A stretch of 64,000 nt of DNA from Auanema rhodensis (lineage: Eukaryota > Animalia > Nematoda): the NCBI GenBank assembly GCA_964057225.1, contig OZ059898.1:6386001-6450000 (forward strand), read 5' to 3'. Shown piece after piece: positions 16,263 through 28,600 of this stretch; position 1 is the stretch's first letter, and every line of letters starts with the position of its first letter. The notes under the pieces are model-generated. The model was given only the letters and a program-made list of their open reading frames with translations. It was not told the DNA's origin and searched no databases. The translations under genes and the position numbers were made by a program.

Positions 16263-18229
16263 CTATGACAGTATTTTTTCCCCAGATTTCTCAAGATACC
16301 AACAGTTTTCTACTCGAGCAGGTAGTGCTAAAGCTAAAGCATATTAATCTGATGTTATAGATTATACCCTTATGAATATCATTTAAACGAAAAACAGTTA
16401 AAAAACTATTAAGAGCACAATAAAACACTTTTCGATATCATTCCGAAATGTAAAATAATTTAAATATTATATAAATACTATACCAAATATGCATAGATTA
16501 TAGAAAATATAGAAGATATTGAGTTGAAAGACCACCAGTTAGAATTGAAATGTTCTATTATAAAAGATAATAAATGTTGAAAGAAGAACGACACACGTAA
16601 TAAAGAAATATTAAATTGATGTACGATAAGAGGCCTTATTTGAGAAACTTTATGTTTTATAATATATCTATTTTCATATCATGAGTTTAATAAAAATTGC
16701 AACTAATTTTCTAAGCGTCATATGAGCATTATTGATGTTCCTTAAAACACATTTTAAACTCAATTTCAATAGAATGAAACTAGTTAGTTGTAGCCGAAAC
16801 AATCTGCCTTTCCATCGTGAAAATAGTGATTTGTGAAAATTTACTGAGAAGAGATTTCAAATTTGAAAAAACAAAGAACATAAATCGAATTTTTATTTAA
16901 TACTAATAATCATTTGTATTTAAAATTTGTTCTGTTCAAATATAATTTAATTGGATATACTAATCGAGTTCAATGAAATTCTTTTAAAAGATTAAAAAAA
17001 TTATTTTGCAAATTGGCCACACCTTTCTATTGTTATAAAGTATTCTAATGATAACATCGTACGTTTACATTCCTGATATCATTTGATTACTATTTATTTT
17101 GAAATAGTATATAGTATATAGTATTCTTCATATTTTTTTATTCAGAAATTTACAAAAAAATAGTAAAATAAATAGATGTATAGTTTTTTTTATTCTTAGA
17201 ATATTAGAATAAAGAAATGCTTCATCAAATATAAATTATATTAGAAAAGAAAATACCGGTTTATGATGAAGTATAAGAGAGTTGAGAGTAAATGCACGTG
17301 CATATAATATTTTTTCTTCGTTAGCGTAAAGAAAGAATCAAGATTGTATATGATTTTGATGAGAAAAAAAAACTTTTGAATTGAGAATGACGATATATAA
17401 ATCATAAAATAACTATCTAATTGATAGACACTCACAATCTTCATGACTTTTCATTAAAATAACCTACAACCACATACAAAAAAGAGAAAGAGAAAAGGTC
17501 GATTGAAATAAAAATGATAAGATGTTAGATGTTTCAAAGAATATTTGAAAACTATTTATAATATATTGAACACAAATAAATAATAAATAAAATTCCAGAA
17601 AGTCGTTTCACTTCACAGGTTTTAAGATAGTTGCTACATATAAGCTACTGCCTCAAACGAAAGTGTGGACAAGCAAGAATCAAAATAGTTGACAACAGTG
17701 AGAGAGAGAGAAATATTAATATCATCTTTTTGACATATTTTTCCTGTAAATGGAACCGCGCCATACATGAAATATAGAAATTTCTGATTAAAAGCCATTT
17801 TGGCAACTGTCAAAGTTGGTTTCAATTTGTTACACTATGAAAAATCTTAGGTGCAAATCAGCTCACTACCTTTCATGGTCATGACAAGAAAATACTGGAC
17901 AGTTAGTTAGTTAATAATAGCTTTAACGAAAATACTTTTAACAGAGTTGACAATAAGAGAAGTAATATTTAGTTGTATAAACAGTATTGAACCATTCTGG
18001 TTAGTAATCCATACAATCCGCTTAGAAAATAAATCGTAGGTTTATTTTACACAAATCTTTTTTTGATGGAAATCATTTTTTTAACTTGTCGGTACATAAG
18101 TTCAAACTTCTTCTCTCACACCAATAAAACACATGATCAAAGACGTTGTTGCAAATGTTTATTTATTTAATTATTATGCAGTATTTTCATTCTTTAATTA
18201 ATGTAATTTATATTGTACCGTACGAACGT

Positions 18230-19417
18230 TTAAACTGCCAAGTCTGATATCCATTCACTAATTTGGCTGTAAAATATGGAAATAAAAAATAAATCTTTGC
18301 ATTTGAAACTTACAATGAAACGAATTTCAAACTCAAACCTGATCGCTTCCAATTATACTCCTTCTGTAAATCGTCCACACTATATTGCTGTTCTTCTCTG
18401 GAACAAAAAAAGTAAAGTGGAAATAGATAGAAAGCAATCCATACCTTTCCATAAGTGGTAAATCAAAGTTTAAATATTTTTGAGCTTCAATATGATCAGG
18501 TCCCATTAAAAATTGAATGGCATTAGCTTCCTTAAGTTGACTTGCAAAGTTTTTCAACGTGTTTGTAGCAGTTTCAGGTGGAAGATCAATACCACGAATA
18601 TCGTGAAAGCGAAAGTCTTTCACCTATAAGATAGTTATATCAGAGTATGAAACATAATATAAAATTACCTGTGTTAAATTAATATCAAGTAAATAATTCA
18701 GTAACTTTTCGGTAATTCGAAAGCCAAAGACAACAAAATGGGAAAAAACAGTACATGGCCTTTAAAAACATTAAGTAATAATTATATCAGAATTGCTTAC
18801 CAAATAGCCGCTTTTAAATTATTAATATGAACGCATTGAGCAGCATACTTGTTACCTTTAGCTCCGTGAATGTGTACAATAACCATATCTTCATCTTCTG
18901 GATGTTTAATCGATAATTTTGGCTATAAATTAAGAAAAAATGATTATATTGCAATGTCCATATATTAATTACCGATATTCGAACGCCAACTTTTGGGCGA
19001 GGGAATCGACGAGCATATTCACAGTCCAATGCCATTCGAAATTTTTTATTAACTCCTCGCAATCTCCAAAAATTCTAAAAAAATTTAGTATATGAACTAG
19101 TATAACGAATTAGTTACTTTCATATCTTTCTCATATTCTTGACTACATGCTCCAGAATCTTTTGGTTCGAGATTTTCCAAAATCATTAAAATAACTTCCA
19201 AGGGTAATGAATTTATATTAGCAGGAGCATTTAAATCTGTTATAGACTCAGCAGGTTCCTCGGAAGATTCGTTTACTTCGGCACATTGTGCATCCATAGG
19301 ATATTTCTTTAAAATTTTGGATAAACCAGAAGAACATTCACCGGTTTGAATGTAGTGTATACGTTCCGCCATGTTTCGGCGCAGCCTCCATTTCGAACTA
19401 GAAGTTTTTCGAGCCAT
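18230..19417 (-). CDS. F-box domain protein, multi-exon, divergent C-terminus
   Basis: INSLPLEVILMILENL...NFWRLRGVNKKFRMAL is an F-box consensus split by an insertion and an intron. Exons can be joined in frame to ...FQISEWISDLAV*. Confidence 0.7.
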
Positions 19418-22400
19418 TATGCTAAATAAATATTGATAAAGAATAACTAACAGATATACTACAAGATTAAATAAGCTATATATCATAAGAAAATGAAAGT
19501 TAAAATACTAAAAAACTAGAATCTTTGAGTTGAAAGATATTGAAATCATAAGTTTTTTAAAATGTTTATGGGTTAATGGTTGTAAACAACATTCAAATTA
19601 TTTCAAAAGTTGGTAAATCGATTGTAAAATTCATGCTATTGATATCGAATAATCTCCAACGTAGTTGGATTAAAATGATTTCATTACGTACGGATATAGC
19701 ACAGATTATGTGATAATAGATATGGAATTGAGCTTTGAACTCCTTTAGAAGCAAGTAAAGCTGTTATTGCTAGAGAATTACTATAGATATATCAATTATA
19801 TTCATTATAAATTTCGAAATCAATAAATTATGAAACTTTTATCATTGCCATTTGATACTCAATACATAATGCTAATGAAATAATATGTATTCGTGTAAGA
19901 GATTATTCATAAAACAAGCTTAATCTTGTTTTCTTAATTAACTATCTTTTAAAAACTAGATTGCTCTATAGAAAAAACCATAATACCGATTTTAGTTTTT
20001 CACTTTGCTCCTTATTATGAGACTTGCAGCCTGCGTGATATGCCTTCATATATCATTTCGTAGCTTCTCTTCTGTCAAACATTTACCCAAATAGCTTGTT
20101 CACTTCCTATTCTAGATTTATTGCTATAGGTCAGACAAGGCGAAAAATACTTCGAGTCAAAGTGACAAATATTTATGTATTTAACACTTGATCTTACTAT
20201 AATATGTCAACAAATTTAGTTTCAAATAATTCTAGATCTGTGCTATTAGGAACCTTTTAGAATTTTCTTATATTTTTTATAGAAGGGGAATATTATACGG
20301 TTCGAATCATGTAGTCAAGGAAAACGAGTAAAATTTTTCGTTTTGTTTTTCCTGTGTATGGTATTAAATGACAGATGTCGTGACAAGATGCGTTTACTCA
20401 AATGAAAGCCATACAAGGAAATGCAGATCAAACCGTCTGTTTAAAGCTCGAGAGAAATGTAGATCTGGCTGACACCATGACTACACTTGAGGGTTCTAGT
20501 TACATGGAATCACTCTATCTTTTTCCTTCTTTTATTAAGACTATTTGCGTGTTTCTTAATTTGTTTAACAAGACAAAAAGGTTGTATGTTACATGAAATG
20601 CTCACCCTGTTTTAACATCAGTTAGATGTAAGTCACAATACTGAAAGATATGGCAAATATTTCCAAGATTTTCTTAAACGTTTTCAGAATACGTTAAACA
20701 CACTATAACCATAGTATAACAAACGGAACCTTGGAGTATCATGAATTCAAGAGATAATGTTTACGAGCTTTAATGGCTCCTTGAAAGTGATCTTAAATGT
20801 TAATAGAGTTAAAGGCTATTTTTACTAAATGCAAAATGAATAACTAATTATTTTCTACAGTCCTACTTTACATCAATGCTTAAACTTTCAATGCAAAATT
20901 GGAATTCTTTTTCCGCTTTGCAAACCCATGAAATTTGAAAATTTTAAAGAGACTGAATGAGATGATGAACGTTGTCTACGGGCAGATTCCATGATAGGTA
21001 TTGGGTTTCAGACGCAGTCGAGGAAGCAGGAAAGCCTAACCAACGAACCCTCATCCTGCCATCATATGCTGCTCTTTTGGCTCTCGGTTCAACCATTAGA
21101 TATTCAACTTATCTTCTTCCTAGTCATAGATATTTTGTCTCTTCTAGTATAAGAAGAATTTACTAAGCTATAAGAGACTGAGTAAATAAAGTTTTTGTTC
21201 AAGTTTGCGTCCTAAATAGCAGGAAAAGACAAAGAACTTTGAAAAAAAAATTGAAAATTGAAAATGAATGTAAAACCAGTAGAAAAAAAATTTGTTATAA
21301 CCATTAATGATTTACAGATAAGGTAATATAATCAATTTTTAAAAAATCAATGAAGTATAAACGTGAATCAGTCTGATGTTTGCTTAAGATATACAGTAAG
21401 AAATCACACTTTATTCTTATATTGTTTTATTTGTTTAATACACATGAACAAGGTGTATTTTACTTCTATCTAAATTAAGTGGAATAAACACAACCCTCAT
21501 CATCACTATACCACATCTTCAGAATCCTACTTAGTGACTGACTTCTTGTGACAGCTGCAACGTTGGTTAAGAGTACGGTAGCACGCGATGTTAATTTACA
21601 TTATATTTCCATGAACAGCGAGAAATAATATAAAATATTTTTTTCAGAATATATTTTTTGAATTTATTTTTTTTCTAATCTTAATAAATGATAAGAAATT
21701 GATGTTTTTCTCTGTGTTAATATTGTAAATAATAAATATAATGTTTAAGAGTATAATTTCATATAAAATATATGACATAGTATATTAAACTATTTTTTAT
21801 GAAATATATTGAAAATTATTAAAGATTTTACATGAATTGAAAATAAAAATTAATTTTGTTTTGTATTTTATTTACATATTTTGTATTTATACCGTAATAT
21901 AAGAAAAATCTTACATCATACTATTTACTTTAAATATTTTTGAAAGATACTTCACAAACAATACATTTTTAATTTTTAAAGGCATGGATAACGCCTTGTA
22001 GAATTTAAAAATACATGACGGAATAGATAATTTTTATATTTTACTACTTGATTTTCTTGAACAGAGCCAAAAAAAAAACTAAAACAATGTTCGTATGTCG
22101 GATAAACTAAATCCTTCATATTGACCAAAAAAAAAAAATATATATATAGTTTGTGCTGATTTATCTTAATATATTCTAAATATGCTTTGTTTCTAATTCT
22201 TCTTTATTTTTTCTCAAAAGCCAAATAGGTTTCCAGGAGGCGACTGGCTGCCCCGGATACTGAAGACGAAAGAGATCCAACCTAACCTTCCTTTCAAACT
22301 TTGCATAATTTCTGATTATTACATCTAATATAGAATATGAAACTAAGCTATTTGTTTCCAAATACATGATTTGTCTTTTTTTTGCTTTGCTGTGTAGTTA

Positions 22401-22612
22401 CATTATGTGCTTTAAAAAAATAAAATATACAACATGCACAGAGAATATCGTTTAAGTAAAATTTTTATAAAAGATTTGTGGTAATGTGTGAAAGGGATCG
22501 GATTCTTTCCAACCGGATATGGATATATGAACTGAAGGGAAAGAAGTTGGGTTAGAAGCCATTCGGAGAGTGAGAGATAGATAGAAAGGGAAGCTGAGTC
22601 TTATTCAAGTCG

Positions 22613-22643
<31 letters not shown>

Positions 22644-25600
22644 TCACTCTTTCACTCTGGTTCTCTCTCTCACCGATTTTCTAATTTTCCTTATTATCTC
22701 TTCTATTTCTAAGACTTATTCGTTTTCTTGAAATTCTTATTCCTATTCCCAGAGAGGAAAGAGATGACCACAGCTGTCTTCTGCTTCTGAACCTTTGGGA
22801 AGTCTACAAGTCCTTCAGATCCATTTATCTACTCACCTTTTCTCTGCACTTATTACATCATCAATCCTGTCTTCGCGACTTCCCCTGTTCAATGGTCGGA
22901 TGATATGAAAGCAATTGAACATCTAATACGCCAACAATAACTATTAACGATATTCCTAAAAAGCAATCCCAATTCGGTTTTTCCTAATACTTATCTTGTC
23001 AAATAACATATACTTTTATTAAAAATTAGATCTTTGGTTTAAGCATATGCTTTAAAGTTGTTTCTCCAAAATCATTACTATTATTACTTATCGTGTAGTA
23101 TACACGAGCCAATCATAGACGAGCTCCATCACCTTATAAAACTGAGTGTGGCTCCGCCTACTCGGTCCTCCTAACTGGTAGTGAAGAGAAGCCAGCTTAA
23201 GAACAGTTTTCCATTCAAAACGTTCAGCGAACTTAACATCTCATAGTTATATTTAAAGATTAAATATCTCAAAATAAGCTTTTAATAATTGTTCTATTAT
23301 TAGATAAGAGATGGCATAGTTTTTGATACTTATCTTATTACAGTATATTCGTTAATATCTTTTTTTTATATTTAATTAATATTTTTAGAATAAAATTGTC
23401 AAATATTTTCGCAAAAAAAGCTTTTCTTTTTTGTTTTATTTCTATTTTTAATTTTATGTAAACCTTCTTTTTCATCTATATTTTAAACATTTCTAATTAT
23501 TTTCGTACAAACTTTATACTATTTATACATATAGTTATAGTAAACTGTTCCAAAAATCATTTTGATTCGATATATTTGTATATAGTTGAACGAACAAAAT
23601 GAACAAATCGGTATCTTTTGCTTTTTAACTAGAAAAATGAAAAAGAAAGAGATCGAGGCACAGATATAGGTTGTGTTAAAAGAATAGAGAGAAATAGATA
23701 TAGAGAAGATCTGAGCATGTTTTAAAATAGAGTACTTAAAGTGCAGTTGAGTTGAAATAAAACATTATAACAGTGTGAAAATATGAGAGAAATAGGGAGA
23801 AAAAGAGAGAAAAGGAAGGTGTAGGAACAGAAAATGAGACCTATGCCCTCGTCTGTCTTTCTTCTTTTTCAGCTTTTCCTAGTTTATTTCTCTTTCTCTC
23901 TTTATTTTCCTTCAGTTTCACATTTTCATTCCAACATAGGTTTAATAGAGAATCATACCAGCTGTGTATTTGAATCACTGTGAGCTTACTGCCTTCCTTT
24001 CGGTGTTTTCCCATTGTTTTCTTCAAAAACCCTTGTTTCTTCTCATCTCATCTGAATAGAACATCATTTATCATAACTATACTTTATTTCAATTCTTCTC
24101 ATGGCTTCATTTTTTTTTCTCAAAGTTTCATTCATTTCCCTCATCTTCCCATAGTTGAAAAACTTTCTGATAGACACAGAAAACCTAGATCATTTATATC
24201 CTACACTGCCCATCTTCTTCCTAGTCTTCGTCTCGTATCTCCCAACCATAACTGAACAGATGTTGTATTTGAGGCATTCCTCAGCATTTTTCTATATTTA
24301 AATAATTTAACCATCTATTTTAAAGATTTTTGTTTTCTTCTCATTTCAATCTAAAAATAAAAATATAGAATATTCAACATTATCAAAATAATCTTTTTCT
24401 TTTTGTATTTACTAGTACGCCTATATCTTACCTGACGGTCTTCATATATTTTTATAAATTTTCATTTTATTATTTAAAATTCAGAATTAAAAGAATAAAA
24501 TTCAATAATATAATCTTTAGTTATCATATATACGACGATTTGAATATTTTAAAAATAAATAAAATTTATATTATATTTAATGTAATATAACATATAATAT
24601 AACATATATGTACATATACTACTTAACCAATCTTAGCCAATGTTATAATCAGCCGAAATAAACGGTCAGCTGCTGTTCATGAAGCCTTATAGTTTAACGG
24701 AAGAGTACCCAATTCTCCAATATCCACCTTTCATTTTATTTCTTTTTTGATTAAGGCTTCAGTAATCACTTTATTTCTAACCCGTATCTAATACAGGGCT
24801 TCATAATACCTATTGAATGTAAATGTCCTTCTTTTCCCTTTTCTTCCATATTTGTGTATCTAATATTAATTTACTTTTCTCATTCATATTTCAGATATTT
24901 CATATATATATATAATATATAATATATATTTATATATTCTTTATCTATTATAAAATGATAATTATTCTTTTTTTTTAAATAAATTAAGTTATTTTGAAAA
25001 TCATATAAATTAAATTCACAAAAGAGAATTCATCTCAATGTTTTAAAATCATTTCATCTATTCTTTTGTTTAGATGTTGTCTTGAGCAAAACGAAAATCA
25101 TTCGTTGGCAAGTTTAGAAAGCAAAAAAAAAGATTTTTTCCAATATAAACTAAGTTACAGAAGTTTTTTTTGAATATATTTATAACATAAAAATAACAAA
25201 GTTATATATATATATATATATGTTATATAAAGTTTTAATTTTTCTTTTTTTTAAACCTAAAATACATACAAATGTATGTTGTATGTATGTATATGAATAT
25301 GTATGTACATACATCTACTATCTTAATATATGACGTAGAAGAAGATATGAAAGATGAAAAAAATCTCCTTATTTTCTTTTAAAAAATATAAATAGTTATA
25401 TCTTTATCTACTTCTTAATCCTTCTTCAAACTATTAAGCGTTTCTTCATTTGAACACACTCAAGCGAACTTGCCTCTGTGGGGTCCGTTTATTACTAATT
25501 GACATGGATTTTTGTTATTCATCATACACGTCATACCTGAACCACTTGCTCTCATCTGAATAAAGAAAGACTACAAATATGTTGAGAATGAAGAAAGTGA

Positions 25601-28600
25601 GAGTAAATGATCAAAAATACAGAAAAAAAGAGAGATCAAATGAAATGAAAAGGTTAAATTCAAAAGAAAATGAAAAGAGAATATGACAATCATATCTGTG
25701 TTATAGTGACCATCATCTACATATTGTCAAGTAGAATTAAACGAAAGTTAGAGATAGTATTTGAACAAGTGAACCATAACATCTAAGTATTAAACATCAG
25801 ACTGTTTTTGTCTTCTACTTGTCTGACGATCAAGTAGTTGTAAGATGGTCACCATTATTGGGCTAAATCAGCTTCCGCTTCCAGAAGCGTTATTGTTATC
25901 CTCTAATCCTCTTCGCTATCACTTCTCTTCTTTTTTTCTCAGCATATATGAAATCCTTAGATAATCTTCATTTACCGTTGTTTTGTTTCTATATTTCTCT
26001 CTTTTTGCTCTCAAAAAAAAATAATATTATAAATGTAATTTTTTTCTTCCAATAACCGATAAAGTTATGTATATTATTCCAAAAAAAAAGAAGAAAATGA
26101 TCGTGTGTAGTTTACTAGTTAGTTAGCCGGTTAGAGACACTACCTACGTATAAACAATATTCATCAGAATGCCCAGATGCTATTTTGACATTCTTCACGA
26201 TAGTTTTAGTAATCTTTTCATAATAAAGTGAGTTTTCTTTCTTTTTTTTTCTAATTATATATATAGATTCTTGATACTATATGAACTATCCCATTAGGTA
26301 TCATAAAGTATTCATCTGAATCTGATTTAACAGTAAGTATCTATGTATGATCTGAAATCATTTTCCATACTCTGTTGTGAGATCTTCTTCATTTTAGAAT
26401 TTCTCATCTAATACATTGATATTAAATCATATATATTAAATATTAAAATAAATAATTATAATATACATATTTATTGTATATATGTTATATTAACTTAAAT
26501 ATATATTGATAACATATTAGAAAAATTGTCTAGTTAATGTAGTCATATATTTTGAAAATAAGCTTAAAGAAATCTTTGTCAATTTGTATTTGTGAATCAT
26601 TGAAGATTTACCGTTAAGAGCTCATCTTCGACCATTGTCAACACCTAGAGTGGTCATCACATCAACTCATAAACAATCGTGTTCTTCGTCCTCTTTTACT
26701 TCTTCCAAGCATTGAAAATTTTCTGTTGTTTTTTGAAGTTTTTGAGTTCATTATTTTGAAAAGAAATAGTAAATTAACTTAATAATATATGATTAACTAA
26801 ACTATATCATATATAAACATTAACTATATCTGTTCTAAATATACAAAGTTTCGCCATCTTCATCATCACATACGTCCGTGAGCGTTCACTTCACTTATAA
26901 AATTCGCATAGAGCGGTTGTTCTTAGTAGTTGTTCACTCATATTTCTGAAATTTATTTATTTTTCTTTTATAACTAATTTAACTTGATTATATCTATATA
27001 CCTAAAGATATAAGCAAATATAATTATTACAAAGATGTGCTCATTTTTTTTTCTTATCAGTAAGGTTATACCAATAGTAATAATGTCTGTAAGCAATATT
27101 TTGCTTTAACCTATTATCATATAGTATAATGATTTACTATTATAGTTAAGAAATAATTTATTCAATTATATATATTAATATATATATATATATCTTTATC
27201 CTTTTTATTATAATTTTGTAGATTTCGTTCGTTAAAGAATTCAAATAGTTTGAACTTTTGTTCAATGTTTCTTATGTTTAGTTTGATAACTTCTAATCAT
27301 TCGTTTAAACTATAACATAAAGACATTGCACTTATTTTCAGATTGAAATGAGCACTTTTTTTTTTGAATATTGATATTAATACTAATAATAATTTGTATT
27401 CTATTCAAGAATTATTTATCGAAACATCTTCCTGTTTTATTTCATAAAGGAAATGAAAAGACAAAGAAGAATGTATATAGAAGAAGCCAACGGATGATAA
27501 GATTGAAAGGTTTTTGAACTCTGACTATCTGATAATACTTCTGAAGTATTATATAATTTACAAATGAAATGGATAGATATCTTAATATTATGGAAGTAGC
27601 TCAATTCTATCAATTTATCTTCCATCATCGTTAAGGAAAGGAAAAAAAATGACAGAAGAGAGAAGAGAAACGACAGTCAGGTTCATGATTACTGAAGAGC
27701 AGGAGAGAACAGAGATATAAGGTTAATGAGTGATAAGAGATATTTTGGCTTGATCATAGTTCCATAAGTGCAAACTTGAAAGAACGTCATCGTTCTTTCT
27801 TGTGCATCTAATATGCTCATTTTCCATATTTCCATTACTTTATTGATTTTTGCAAAAAAATATTATTATTTTGGATATAAGTTAATGAAACTGATGACAT
27901 AGCTATTTGATGATGCTCATACATGTGAATTTCGATGAATTTCACTAGTTAAACGTTGTTTTTTTATGAATTTAGATGTATCTATTGAAATGGTAAACTA
28001 ATCGTTTTTACCATTATTTCTGATTTTACTACTATAACTTCTACCTCACCTTCTACTACTCTTCAATCTTAAATACGTATTATCTTTATTTGAATAACGA
28101 TCAGGTCAGACAGAAGAAAACGAGTTAAAAGGTATAAGATTCTCTTGAAATAGGTTGAAAGAGGACAACTGGTCGAAATCGTTTACTGTGTGTGTCTAAT
28201 CCTAAAAGAGGTTTTACCCTCAATACATTGCAATGAGAGAAGGGGGGAGGAAGCCAAGGTCGATTCTTTGAAAAGTTTCTTCATCATTTGAATTATTTTG
28301 TATCTCATAGTTTCTCAAAATTATAATTTATTTTTTCTTGTTTGTCATCTTTTGTTTAAAATTATAAAAATTCTCTTTGCGATTATGTGTATATTGCTCT
28401 CTTACATCGAAGGGCTTCATCATTTCGTTTGCGCTTATTACTGTCGCTTTCCTAACCTTAACTCAGTTCGTTATCAACGTTTTTGAAGTTAAGAGTTCCT
28501 CGTGTTTTTTCTGATAGCTCTTTTCTTGATATTTAATTCATTTTTCAGTTGTTCCCTTTTAGTTTTAATGATTCAAAAACTTTACTTATTACCGTAATCA

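Noticed and set aside
17634-18150. Short exon-like minus-strand segments downstream of the F-box gene
   Set aside because: Could not assemble a consistent reading frame or recognise a domain.
12350-19417. Possible operon of co-oriented minus-strand genes
   Set aside because: Intergenic gaps (~0.66 kb and ~2 kb) are longer than typical SL2 spacing; no supporting evidence.
20280-21170. Short ORFs or exon-like pieces
   Set aside because: No recognisable homology or coherent splicing; may be a decayed gene or TE.
22255-22280. CTGAAGA-C-GAAA resembling a hammerhead core
   Set aside because: No stem II and no correctly placed stem III/NUH.
28028-28048. let-7-like sequence (minus strand TGAGGTAGAAGTTATAGT)
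   Set aside because: No precursor hairpin arm; a seed match is expected about once by chance here, and it is not in a known 3' UTR.
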